Source of the DNA: Paraphysomonas bandaiensis
Lineage: Eukaryota; Protista; Chrysophyceae
Assembly (NCBI GenBank): GCA_965644295.1
Contig: CBFFRP010000377.1
Span: forward strand, 124,001-188,000
Direction: 5' to 3'
DNA length: 64,000 nt
Both the position numbers and the translations under genes were made by a program. The notes under the pieces are model-generated. The model was not told where the DNA came from. It did no database searches and saw only the letters and a list, made by a program, of their open reading frames with translations. Numbering within the stretch: the stretch's first letter is position 1; the number at the start of each line of letters is the position of its first letter. Shown here one piece after another: positions 54,085 to 64,000 of the stretch.

Positions 54085-54276
54085 TGTGGCATGAAACTCC
54101 TAGTTTTAGGGCTGGGAGTTTCTTTCCTTCGGGAAACGTGGGGTTTCCCTTCAGGATACGGTAGTCTAGTGGCTGTAGTTTCATGCCAGACTAGTCATAC
54201 ATGATTCTTATATGCGTAATAATCATTATATTCCTAGTCAAGGCCTTTTCTTGTTGTTTCGCGTAGTTCCATCACA
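54085..54276 (+). repeat. 5' LTR
   Basis: tgtggcatgaaac...gttccatcaca, repeated at 60183. Confidence 0.97.
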
Positions 54277-54297
54277 ATATCGATATTTGAACGAATT

Positions 54298-57200
54298 ATG
54301 ACTAGACGCACGAGAAGTGCTAAGAGAAGTGAGGAAGAGAAGATAGAGGAACGGGATCAAGAGGAACCCATGGCTTCCACCTCGAGGGAGGAGGAGGAAG
54401 AGGCAGTAGTCTCTAGTTCGGAGCTTCCAACGCAGAGGGTTGCGGAGGAAGAGTCATTAACTACTCCGAATGTGGAGGTAGTGAATGAAGGAAATCAAGG
54501 AAATCCAGAGGGGGAGTCTGGATGGGAAGTGGAGACTTGGGCTGCGCTGGGAGAAGCGACAGTCGATGAAGAGGGTTTGTCACTTCCTCCAAACTCTAGT
54601 TCTGAGCGGGAAAGGGTTGACCCGCAGAGTGAGGAGAGAAAGATAAAGATCGCCCGAAAGAGGGAGATTAGGGAGAAGATTAGGGAGAATAAGGAATGGG
54701 AGGCCTCTAGAAGGAGCAGAGAGTCTCCCAAAGGGGGGGAGGAGAGGAGTTCCTCCGAGGAATCTGATAGGTCAGAGAGATCGAGGGAGAGATCTCGCAG
54801 TTATTCCGACTCCGGGGGGGAGGAATATGAAGAGCGGGGAAGGTCCCGCAGGCGCTCTTCCTCAAGGAGAGAGGAGTATTATGAGCGGAGTGGGAGATCG
54901 AGAAAGGGACGATCGAGGGATCGAAGTAGTAGATCCTCGGGTAGAAGATCGAAAAGATCTCGTCGCGAAGAGAGCTCCAGAAGGTTGAGAGCCTCTGAGC
55001 TAGAATTGGAAAGTCTGCGGCAAGAGGTGCAGCAGTTAAGGTCGTCGTTGGAGGGACAGCGTTCGACGGGAGGGGACAGGTCCGGAGGAGCACCTGCCAT
55101 ACCGCAACAAAGCAGTATAGGGAGGGCAGAGGAAGCTAGCTCGTCCAGTAGTACCCTCCTGGTTACGTCTAATGACGTTCCTCCATTAGTCGCGCTGACT
55201 TATGACGCGGTGGAGGATTATATTGAGAAGTGTCGCCTTTACTTTCACAAGAGTGGTGGGAGAGAGGTAGACCGATCGCTAATCTCGGCCAAAATGGCGG
55301 CGAAGATAGACTTTATGAGGGGAGACGTTAACGGGAAAGTTGACGACTGGAAGGATCCGAAGGTGTTACCGTCGGAGGATTTCTATGCGTTCCTTCGTAA
55401 GATGGTGAAGGATCAGGGGCATGTGGAGGTAGTGGAACCTTTTCAACATATTCGCGAGTGGGCTCGCGAGGTTCGCACCTTCCGGAATGTCAAGGATGTT
55501 ATGGACTGGGGTGCGGACCTCAAGTTAAAATTGGAAAAGGAGGAAGGATCCGGCACATGGGAGGAGAATAAGGTTTGGATCGAAGATTTCAAACGTTCCC
55601 TCCGGATTGATCTTCCGTTCCATGATCAGGCTCGAAGGAACAGATTTCTGACTGAGAAGGTTCAGCCCATTTTTGAGAGTTTGTCAGAGGACAAGCGAAA
55701 TTTGTTGGGTTATTTGACGGCCTTGCACAAAGCCGTTACAGCTATTAGGGATGGCTGGGAGGCTGTGGGGCCTTTTGACTTATTTGTGGCAAGGCAGTGG
55801 CCCCGAGGATCGATGGGAGGACGATCCGAGGCTGACCAACGGGATCGGAAGGGGGCCGATCAACGGGAGAGAAAGCGCACGCATTCACCTGCGAGGAGTT
55901 CGCAAGGGGGTTCGACTAGTGCTGGAAAAGCGCCAAAGAGAGCAAAGAGTAGCTCTCAAACGGATGTGTCAAAAGTGCCAGATTCAGATCGATGCAATGT
56001 GTGTGGTCGCCCAAGGGAGTGGCACAAGAGTGCGGAGTGTCCACTTAAGCAAGCTGCGGGGGCGAACTTGGATCCAAACGTAAAGTGGAGAGAGTGTGCA
56101 GTGGCTAAGGATATTTTGGCCAAGAGGGGTCAACATACTTTGCCTAGAGAGGGATGGGTCTTAAGGCAAAGCGGTTCATATGGAAAGGGCTCCAAGGGTG
56201 AGTCCCATGATGTGTATTCTGATGTTATGGCTATTATGGCCCTTAAGTCTTTTTCTTCATTGCCATTCATAACGGTTGTTGTATGCAATGAACAGGGAAG
56301 GAAAAGGACATGTAAAGCTCTACTGGATACGGGTGCGTCGGCTAACTTTATTAGTAAGGATGTAGCTGAATGGTTAGTAGATAGTGGTTCTATTCCTATT
56401 CCCGTAAGTAAGAATATTGCTGGGGGTTTTAAATCAGCAAGTGCTTTGTGTGAGAGGGGTGTGTCCCTCAATGTAGAGATCTTTACGGAGGTAAAGGAAC
56501 CTCCAGTGTTGCAAGCTCGCATAGATGCATGGGAGTTAGATCTAAATTTTGAATTGATTTTAGGGGTACATACTGTACGTAATTTAGATTTAGTAGTGCA
56601 GTGCCCTAGTGCTTTCATGAGCTCAGATAAGGCTCGAAGGGTAGCCGACGTAGTGGGAGACAGTGCATTCCCTCTTGCGAGAGAGAGAGATGATCAGTCC
56701 GGGGGAGCAGTGTCTCCGAGCCTTGGCGTGCACGCGTCTTACCCTTGTGGGGGGGAACGAGCCAGCGTTCGTCTTCCATTGCGTAAAAATTATAATCTTG
56801 AGGTTCGAGGGAAGTTGGCCCCTCTGGAAGTAGGAATCAGTGACAAAGGGGAGGATTGGTCGTACCCAGCGGAGGAACAGCTGCTTTCGCTGGGAGAAGA
56901 TCTTTCAAATTTCTCAAAAAGGTCGGCATGGGACCGAGAGGATATGAAAGAAATTCGCAACGATCAGTTGGAATCCATTGACTCTGATTATCTGGACTCG
57001 GAGGGTGAGTCTCCTACGATTCCGGAAAAGGTTTATGGGTCACCGGACTTACAAGAAAAGATTCGTGGGGTCCTGGTGAAGTATAAGGACATCTTTCGAT
57101 TAGAAATTCGGAAGGGAAAACCCGCGAAGTTAGAACCGTTTGAGCTCGAGGTCCGGAACCCGGAGGAAACGTGGTTTATACCGGCAAATAAATTGCCTCC

Positions 57201-59976
57201 TAGGAGGTTGGATAGGAGTCGACAGAGGGAACTCCAGCGTTTAGTGGAAAAGTTAGAGCGGTTGGGAGCGATACAACCTAGCTCGGCCACACATTATAGT
57301 CATCCTTTTGTAGTACCTAAGCCGAATAATAAGTGGCGATTGGTGTTGGATTATAAGAATCTCAACAAGGTTACTACCTCTGAAAGCTGGCCAATTCCGA
57401 ACATTAGGGATATGATTTATCGGATTGGTGAGAAACGTCCTAAGTTCTTTGTAGTGATGGATCTCACGTCTGGGTATCATCAGGCGCCAGTGGGCGAGAA
57501 GTCCCGTGCCTGGGTCGCCTTTATTACTCAAAACGGGGTGTACGAGTGGCTCCGGCTCCCCATGGGTTTGAAAGGTGCCCCATCCTACTTCCAGCGGCAA
57601 ATGCAAAGTGTTGTACTAGCGGGTTTAGTATATAAGATTTGTGAGATATACCTCGATGATTGTATTATATTTGCTAGCTCGGAAGAGGAGCTGATTGAGA
57701 ATTTATCAGCAGTTTTAGAGAGATTTAAGAGGTTTGGCCTTACAGTTAACCCTAAGAAGTGTGTCTTTGGGGTCTCGGAGGTAGAGGCTGTGGGTCATAA
57801 GATCAATGAGTTTGGTCATACCTTTACTAGAGAGCGGATTGATAGTATATTGGCTATCCCGCGTCCTAATACCCAGAAACAGTTGAAACAGTTCATGGGG
57901 GTAGCAAATTTTGTAAGAGATTGCGTACGCGAATATGCACTGATTGCGAAACCATTGCATGCAATGTTGGGGAATTATACTAAGTCGCAGGCTCGACGTA
58001 AGGTGTTGCACTGGACAGAGGAGTCCAGTGTTGCCTTTGATGTGCTAAGGGAGCGCATTCATGAGTGTCCCTTGTTATTTTTTATGGATGATGTTTCCCC
58101 CATCTTCCTATATACTGACGCGTCAATAATTGGTATAGGGGCACACTTGGTGCAAGTCGTGGAGGGTCACGAGCGCACAATTGGGATGATTAGTAAGGCG
58201 TTCGACTCAACGTTAGCTAAGTGGCACACCTGCGAGCAGGAAGGTTTTGCCATCTTTTATGCTTTAAATAAGTGGGAATACTTGTTGAGGGATCGACGTT
58301 TTACAGTTCGAACCGATCACGATAATTTACGTCAACTCAAGCAGGAGTATGGCCACATAAAACGAGTGCAGCGCTGGTTTATGTGTTTTCAGTCGTTTGA
58401 TATAGTGTTCGAACACCTTCCAGGGGAGATGAATGTGGTGGCTGATGCTCTTAGTCGAGTTTGTGGGGTGGACGCATCCGACGAGGTCGATGACAATCTG
58501 TGTTCTTCTCTCGAGCGGTGCCTGGAGGAAGAATCGCATACTGAGGATCAGCGCATCCCTAATCACTTCTGGAAGGCAATTAAGGCTTGTCATAATAGTG
58601 TAGTAGGCCACCATGGGGTGGAACGTACAATGGGAAAGTTGCGAAGGAGCAACAATAATTGGAAGAACATGCGTCAGCATGTTATACGTTTTATTAAGTG
58701 TTGTGTGTGTTGTCAAAAGATGTCAACTATTAAGCCGGCAGTGTGGGTTCGGCCTTTTACTCTATCTAAGTATTCCATGGGTGAGTGTATCTATATGGAT
58801 TATATCGAGGGTTTGATTCCCGATGAGTATGGGTATACTAGCATTCTGGTGATGATTGATGCCTTTTCACGGTGGGCTGAGTTATTTCCTACCAAGGGTA
58901 TCTCAGCAAAGGACACGGCACGAGCGTTGTTGCATTATTTTGGCCGATTTTCGATGTGTTCGATTTGTAAGCTCACTTCAGATAAAGGGAGGGCCTTTAT
59001 GTCCGATATTGTTCGGGAGGTGAGATCTTTGTTAGGGGTGGAGCACTCCTTTACAGTAGAGTATTCAAAGGAGGAGAATGGTATGGTTGAGAGGGAGAAT
59101 AAGGAAATTCTCCGTCATCTGAGGAATATTATTTTCGAGAAAGTGGTCTTGAAAAATTGGTCTGATGTGCTGCCAATGGTGCAGCGGATTTTGAATGCGG
59201 CAATCCATGGGTCGACAGGAGTGGCCCCAGCACAATTAGTATATGGAGATGCCATAAACCTAGATGCAGGCTTTATTTTAGATAGGAAGAATTTGTCTCC
59301 AAGGGAGGAGAAGGATCTGTCCGAGTGGGTGGCAGATAGACTCGCAGCTCAGGAGAGGGTGCGAGTGTATGCTCGTCAGAATCTGGAGATTCGGGATCAA
59401 CACCATATCGAGTCCAATATGCCCGAGGGTGTTTCGTCGTACCCGGTGGGGGCATTTGTGCTAGTGGAACACAGGCATAACTCGTTACGGACAGGTCCAA
59501 CGAGCAAGTTGTTGCCCTATTTGAAAGGGCCTATGGAGGTGGTTGGTGTGGAAGGACCAATTTACACCTTGAAAAATTTAGTGTCGAGAGGACAGGCACG
59601 GTATCATATATCTAAGCTGCGGCCTTTTTGTTTTGATCCGAGGGTGGATGATCCCGTACAAGTGGCGTTACGGGATGACGTTGAGGGTACCAAGTTTGTG
59701 ATGGAGAAGATTACAAACATGAGGGGCGACCCTAAGGGTTCGCGGTGGGATTTGTTCTTTGAAGTATACTGGTCAAATTACGATGTTCCGACGTGGGAGT
59801 CGTGGAAGACAGTACGAGGAACAGATGCGTTATTGAAGTACTTGAAGACGCACTCTAGTTATACAGTACGAGCCCTATTACCCAGGAGAGGGAAGAAGCG
59901 CTCCAGGTCTCCAGACACGGCGGCAGAGGAAGTCATTTCAAGTGAGGATGAGTCGTCGCAACAGTCAGGAGTTTGA
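54298..59976 (+). CDS. Single-ORF Gag-Pol polyprotein (Gag zinc knuckle, PR, RT, RNase H, IN, chromodomain)
   Basis: CNVC..H..C, LLDTGAS, WRLVLDYKNLN..YLDD, YTDAS..TDH..ADALSR, HHCC + DDE integrase, KGPM (GPY/F), and FVMEKI...FEVYWSNY..PTWE chromodomain. No stops in 1892 codons. Confidence 0.96.
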   Translation: MTRRTRSAKRSEEEKIEERDQEEPMASTSREEEEEAVVSSSELPTQRVAEEESLTTPNVEVVNEGNQGNPEGESGWEVETWAALGEATVDEEGLSLPPNSSSERERVDPQSEERKIKIARKREIREKIRENKEWEASRRSRESPKGGEERSSSEESDRSERSRERSRSYSDSGGEEYEERGRSRRRSSSRREEYYERSGRSRKGRSRDRSSRSSGRRSKRSRREESSRRLRASELELESLRQEVQQLRSSLEGQRSTGGDRSGGAPAIPQQSSIGRAEEASSSSSTLLVTSNDVPPLVALTYDAVEDYIEKCRLYFHKSGGREVDRSLISAKMAAKIDFMRGDVNGKVDDWKDPKVLPSEDFYAFLRKMVKDQGHVEVVEPFQHIREWAREVRTFRNVKDVMDWGADLKLKLEKEEGSGTWEENKVWIEDFKRSLRIDLPFHDQARRNRFLTEKVQPIFESLSEDKRNLLGYLTALHKAVTAIRDGWEAVGPFDLFVARQWPRGSMGGRSEADQRDRKGADQRERKRTHSPARSSQGGSTSAGKAPKRAKSSSQTDVSKVPDSDRCNVCGRPREWHKSAECPLKQAAGANLDPNVKWRECAVAKDILAKRGQHTLPREGWVLRQSGSYGKGSKGESHDVYSDVMAIMALKSFSSLPFITVVVCNEQGRKRTCKALLDTGASANFISKDVAEWLVDSGSIPIPVSKNIAGGFKSASALCERGVSLNVEIFTEVKEPPVLQARIDAWELDLNFELILGVHTVRNLDLVVQCPSAFMSSDKARRVADVVGDSAFPLARERDDQSGGAVSPSLGVHASYPCGGERASVRLPLRKNYNLEVRGKLAPLEVGISDKGEDWSYPAEEQLLSLGEDLSNFSKRSAWDREDMKEIRNDQLESIDSDYLDSEGESPTIPEKVYGSPDLQEKIRGVLVKYKDIFRLEIRKGKPAKLEPFELEVRNPEETWFIPANKLPPRRLDRSRQRELQRLVEKLERLGAIQPSSATHYSHPFVVPKPNNKWRLVLDYKNLNKVTTSESWPIPNIRDMIYRIGEKRPKFFVVMDLTSGYHQAPVGEKSRAWVAFITQNGVYEWLRLPMGLKGAPSYFQRQMQSVVLAGLVYKICEIYLDDCIIFASSEEELIENLSAVLERFKRFGLTVNPKKCVFGVSEVEAVGHKINEFGHTFTRERIDSILAIPRPNTQKQLKQFMGVANFVRDCVREYALIAKPLHAMLGNYTKSQARRKVLHWTEESSVAFDVLRERIHECPLLFFMDDVSPIFLYTDASIIGIGAHLVQVVEGHERTIGMISKAFDSTLAKWHTCEQEGFAIFYALNKWEYLLRDRRFTVRTDHDNLRQLKQEYGHIKRVQRWFMCFQSFDIVFEHLPGEMNVVADALSRVCGVDASDEVDDNLCSSLERCLEEESHTEDQRIPNHFWKAIKACHNSVVGHHGVERTMGKLRRSNNNWKNMRQHVIRFIKCCVCCQKMSTIKPAVWVRPFTLSKYSMGECIYMDYIEGLIPDEYGYTSILVMIDAFSRWAELFPTKGISAKDTARALLHYFGRFSMCSICKLTSDKGRAFMSDIVREVRSLLGVEHSFTVEYSKEENGMVERENKEILRHLRNIIFEKVVLKNWSDVLPMVQRILNAAIHGSTGVAPAQLVYGDAINLDAGFILDRKNLSPREEKDLSEWVADRLAAQERVRVYARQNLEIRDQHHIESNMPEGVSSYPVGAFVLVEHRHNSLRTGPTSKLLPYLKGPMEVVGVEGPIYTLKNLVSRGQARYHISKLRPFCFDPRVDDPVQVALRDDVEGTKFVMEKITNMRGDPKGSRWDLFFEVYWSNYDVPTWESWKTVRGTDALLKYLKTHSSYTVRALLPRRGKKRSRSPDTAAEEVISSEDESSQQSGV

Positions 59977-60182
59977 TCTATGAGTTTTGACGGTTAGAAT
60001 CCGCTCTGTCCAGGTGATGGACACCTATGAGAAGGTTCTCATACATCACAGTTTAGTTGGAGTGATCAGTAGGATAGTAGGGGTGATTTTTGTGGGTGTT
60101 GTTTTTTGTTGCTAGAATGTGTCGTTTTTTAGTTCATGTGCCACATTTTTTTTTCCAAAAAAAGAAAAAGGGGAAGGGGTAG

Positions 60183-60374
60183 TGTGGCATGAAACTCCTA
60201 GTTTTAGGGCTGGGAGTTTCTTTCCTTCGGGAAACGTGGGGTTTCCCTTCAGGATACGGTAGTCTAGTGGCTGTAGTTTCATGCCAGACTAGTCATACAT
60301 GATTCTTATATGCATAATAATCATTATATTCCTAGTCAAGGCCTTTTCTTGTTGTCTTGCGTAGTTCCATCACA
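60183..60374 (+). repeat. 3' LTR
   Basis: Direct repeat of 54085-54276. Confidence 0.97.
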
Positions 60375-60598
60375 ATACATACATACATACATACATACAT
60401 ACATACATACATACATACATACATACATACATACATACATACATACATACATACATACATACATACATACATACATACATACATACATACATACATACAT
60501 ACATACATACATACATACATACATACATACATACATACATACATACATACATACATACATACATACATACATACATACATACATACATACATACATAC
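60375..60598. repeat. (ATAC)n array, right flank of the LTR element
   Basis: Read directly. Confidence 0.98.
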
Positions 60599-60957
60599 AC
60601 ACATCTTACATACTGCTGTACAAACATACTACGAACGTATATCTAGAAATCTGGATACGAGGGACACTGCATTGCTGTACAAATCAGAAATCAAACCAAA
60701 CTAAAGCATATTCTAATTGCTACAGCGGACGGAATACCCCCGTTGCTTTCACACAGTCTACACTACAGGTAGTCAAAGCAAGGTTCTCTTTATAGTTACT
60801 ACAGAACTTCTCAGTAAGAGGAAATTATGCCTCTATTCTACAGCCGTACACTACACACTGCATAATATAACACCACACACCTCTATGTGCCCTATGCATA
60901 TCTTATACAGTCACTTCAAGTACTAAACTGAAAAGAACATCCTCTCATTCCTCTACG

Positions 60958-61394
60958 CATACATACATACATACATACATACATACATACATACATACAT
61001 ACATACATACATACATACATACATACATACATACATACATACATACATACATACATACATACATACATACATACATACATACATACATACATACATACAT
61101 ACATACATACATACATACATACATACATACATACATACATACATACATACATACATACATACATACATACATACATACATACATACATACATACATACAT
61201 ACATACATACATACATACATACATACATACATACATACATACATACACACATACATACATACATACACACATCTTACATACTGCTGTACAAACATACTAC
61301 GAACGTATATCTAGAAATCTGGATACGAGGGACACTGCATTGCTGTACAAATCAGAAATCAAACCAAACTAAAGCATATTCTAATTGCTACAGC
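60958..61394. repeat. Second (ATAC)n array plus ~130 bp duplicated from 60596-60726
   Basis: acacacatcttacatactgctg...ttctaattgctacagc occurs identically after both arrays. Confidence 0.92.
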
Positions 61395-61674
61395 CACTGG
61401 ATTAGAATGTTTTGCAGTAGTTTCAATTCCATTGTAGTCGTGCTTGCTGTTGTTTAGAAGATGTATAAGTAATCCTTGTTCCGTGATCCGTGAGAGGCAA
61501 TGAATACCTGGCCAGCTATCTGCATAGAAAACACGTCGGAATTGTATTATTCACTAGCAAACTTGTTGATATCACAGCAGGCATTAATCATATTATGTAG
61601 AACGTAGTCACAAACAAGTCCCTTTCACGCTTTTTACACTTAACTACTTACCTCATGCTCGTTAATTAAAGCAT

Positions 61675-62000
61675 GTATTGAAGGTCTTATTATTAGCAAT
61701 AGGCGTTAAGAATCAGCACCAGTTTAGTAGCTAGATAAACGTCAACCTGTAACTAACTAGCACAAACTCCATTATTCTACTATTTAACGCTACGGAGGCT
61801 GCTTGTGCGTCGCCGCAAACACCAAGGTGCAACCACTTTAGCTCTATCGCTCTAGCTAAGCAAACACCGCGAGTAAGCAGAATGTTGATATACCTGACAT
61901 CTGCTGACTACAGTTTTTTTTAGTCCTTAAGGTGAACATCTTGGATGCTTGACTTCAGCAGGTAGCCTAATATCCCGGTTACCCTTCAGGTGGGCTTCTT
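61675..62000 (-). mobile_element. Family-1 copy H (5'-truncated)
   Basis: Contains the terminal tail and central part up to gttacccttcaggtgggc. Confidence 0.82.
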
Positions 62001-62907
62001 AGGATAGCTATATAGCTATAAGGCACATCATCTACTGTCAATTCCAGAACCCCCTAGTTAATCTTGTATAGTATTGAGTATTGTAACTTTAGTGTGGTAG
62101 GAGCAAAATATAAACAGTTATTCGCCCTTATATGAGCCTTCCAGTACATTCTATTCTACATTTTTACCACATGAGAATATCGGATATGAGATTTCTTGTA
62201 ATACTAGAGGAATAATTTTACCGACAATTTCACATATACTTTGGATCAAGGAATATGAGGGTCGTGTTTTAGTTTGATGTAGTGTTGGTACTATAGAGAG
62301 TTGTCAAGATATATATATCCGAGTTTGGACACTCAAGATTTTACCTACAGTGATTTGGTCACTTTGGGAGGGGTCAGGTGAATAATGTGTGTTAATCAAG
62401 ACTTCATGTATAATAATATGTATATTGCACACAATAATATGCAATCTTAATATTACTTTGTAGATACAACAATGGCAATATATATATATTTAGTTTTATT
62501 TCGTCTCTGTGTAGTTTTTAACTGTGAACTTGGCTAAATTAAATAAATTAAATAATGAAACATCACATACGTACAGTTTTAAAGACATCTAAAAAAAAGT
62601 ACAATGCTTTTTAGTCAAAAGTTAACATCACTATACAGCAATGTATGTTGAGGTTTGCTGTATAATATTATATATATCGTCGGTGTGAAATAGCTAACAG
62701 AATTTTTGTGAGGAATGGGTGAATTGAGTTTCGAAGGAAGTAATTTAGTTCCCGATATAATAAACTTATTCAAGATATTTAAGGCTACGAAACTCGTGAA
62801 GCACTGAGAAATAAATGACAAACATATGTGAACAAGAATAGATGTAAATTGTTACGATTAATAGTTCCAATTCTTCTTGGAAGTGCAGATCTGAAAATAA
62901 CCAGTGC

Positions 62908-62980
62908 TTGCAGCAAAGCAATATCGAGGTTTACTTAGTACATGGTTAACTTCAGTGATATGTCCATACTTAACTGACTA
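62908..62980 (+). repeat. Family-3 repeat fragment
   Basis: Similar to 34995-35070. Confidence 0.55.
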
Positions 62981-63094
62981 AAGTAAAATATATATATAAA
63001 GTCCAATCTATGTACACTGTAATTGTGGTCGACCATTTCTGTAGTGGCTACATTTGCCAATCTTCAGTCTTTACCTAACGGATAAAATATACAT

Positions 63095-64000
63095 TTAACA
63101 CACTCGGAGTGGTTGTTGCTGTGTTATGCAATGAATTCCTCCACCCCCTGTAGCCAGTGCTGTAACATCAACCATCACCACCTCTCTTTCTGGGAAAACA
63201 CTTCTGAGAATATCTGCCGCTCTATCATCAGATGGCACACCGAATGCCGGAGCAACTACACCACCATTGGGCATGTAGAAGTTGATGTACGAGTTGCAGA
63301 ATGCACCTTTGCATTTCCTCGCAATTTTTAAGTCAAGCGCTTCCTTACTTTCTGGCAAATCTATAATTTCAAGCCTACGGCCTTTGGCATCAAGCGCTTC
63401 TTCGAGCGCACGCCGATTTTTTGTCATTGCTCTCGCGTATTCTCTGTCGTCGCAAGGGAAGGTAGTCGCGTTGAACAGCACCACACCTGGGCGAGCGAAG
63501 CAAGCAATCCCATCAATATGACCATCTGTAATAGGATCCAGTTTAGAGCTTAGTCCTGGAAGCCACACCACTACCTGTAGTATATGCACTGTTTAGCACA
63601 AATTGAGGTAACAACGCAGTCGCGTACCTCTATCCCTAGTGACTTTCGCAGCTCGTCCTCCACTTCTTCGCGACTCCAACATTTGTTGCGATTCATGTTC
63701 AAAACAGACGACTCAGTTATTAGCAGAGTGCCTTCCCCATCCGTATGCAGACTACCTCCTTCTACAGTAAGCTGAGAGCAATATATACTAGAAGAGTCAG
63801 ACAGGGTCGACACAGCCCTGCCCAGACGCGCATCACAATCATAAGGCTTAAACTTCTCACCCCACGAGTTAAAAGTCCAACACACAGATAGCAATCGCGC
63901 CATATCTCTGCTTAAGCAGAATGTGGGTCCAGTATCACGTACCCACACATCATCGATATCGCACACGTATAGTGTGACTGGGTATCTAGATTGAGCACTC
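63095..64000 (-). CDS. Agmatine deiminase (AguA/PAD_porph family); 5' end outside the window
   Basis: DVWVRDTGP, EGGSLHTDGEGT, TDGHIDG, SYINFY, GGGGIHCITQQQP. One intron at ~63575-63627. Confidence 0.92.

Larger units (their letters stand above)
54085..60374 (+). mobile_element. Full-length Ty3/gypsy chromovirus-type LTR retrotransposon
   Basis: 192-bp LTRs (TG...CA) at 54085-54276 and 60183-60374 with 3 mismatches. Polypurine tract aaaagaaaaaggggaagggg lies before the 3' LTR, and both flanks read ATAC. Confidence 0.97.

Noticed and set aside
54277-54295. Resemblance of tcgatatttgaacg to a 5.8S rRNA segment
   Set aside because: The match is short, imperfect and same-sense, so it cannot act as a primer site.

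Overview
Compact, intron-containing eukaryotic DNA with a standard genetic code and GT-AG introns of about 45-65 bp. It is probably from a flagellated protist, plausibly a stramenopile (inference from gene content). About 19 protein genes lie mostly in head-to-head pairs, including TBCE, NKAP, a PP2C/cNMP/kinase fusion, a sulfatase, a SNF1-like kinase, PEX19, a SIVA-like protein, RBBP6, a RING/ankyrin protein, an acid-ceramidase-like hydrolase, BCD1/ZNHIT6, SmG and agmatine deiminase. Several divergent promoters contain long pure (TACA)n arrays. An intact chromodomain Ty3/gypsy LTR retrotransposon is inserted in phase inside one such array, and it has a palindrome instead of a tRNA primer-binding site. 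The AT-rich tail-to-tail spacers hold TE remnants, two hAT-type MITEs and repeated copies of an uncharacterised ~0.5-0.6 kb element. That element begins with an HDV-ribozyme-like fold and ends in a 3' tail shared with a local LINE remnant, so it may be a non-autonomous, ribozyme-headed retroposon. All family assignments are by motif recognition; no searches were run.
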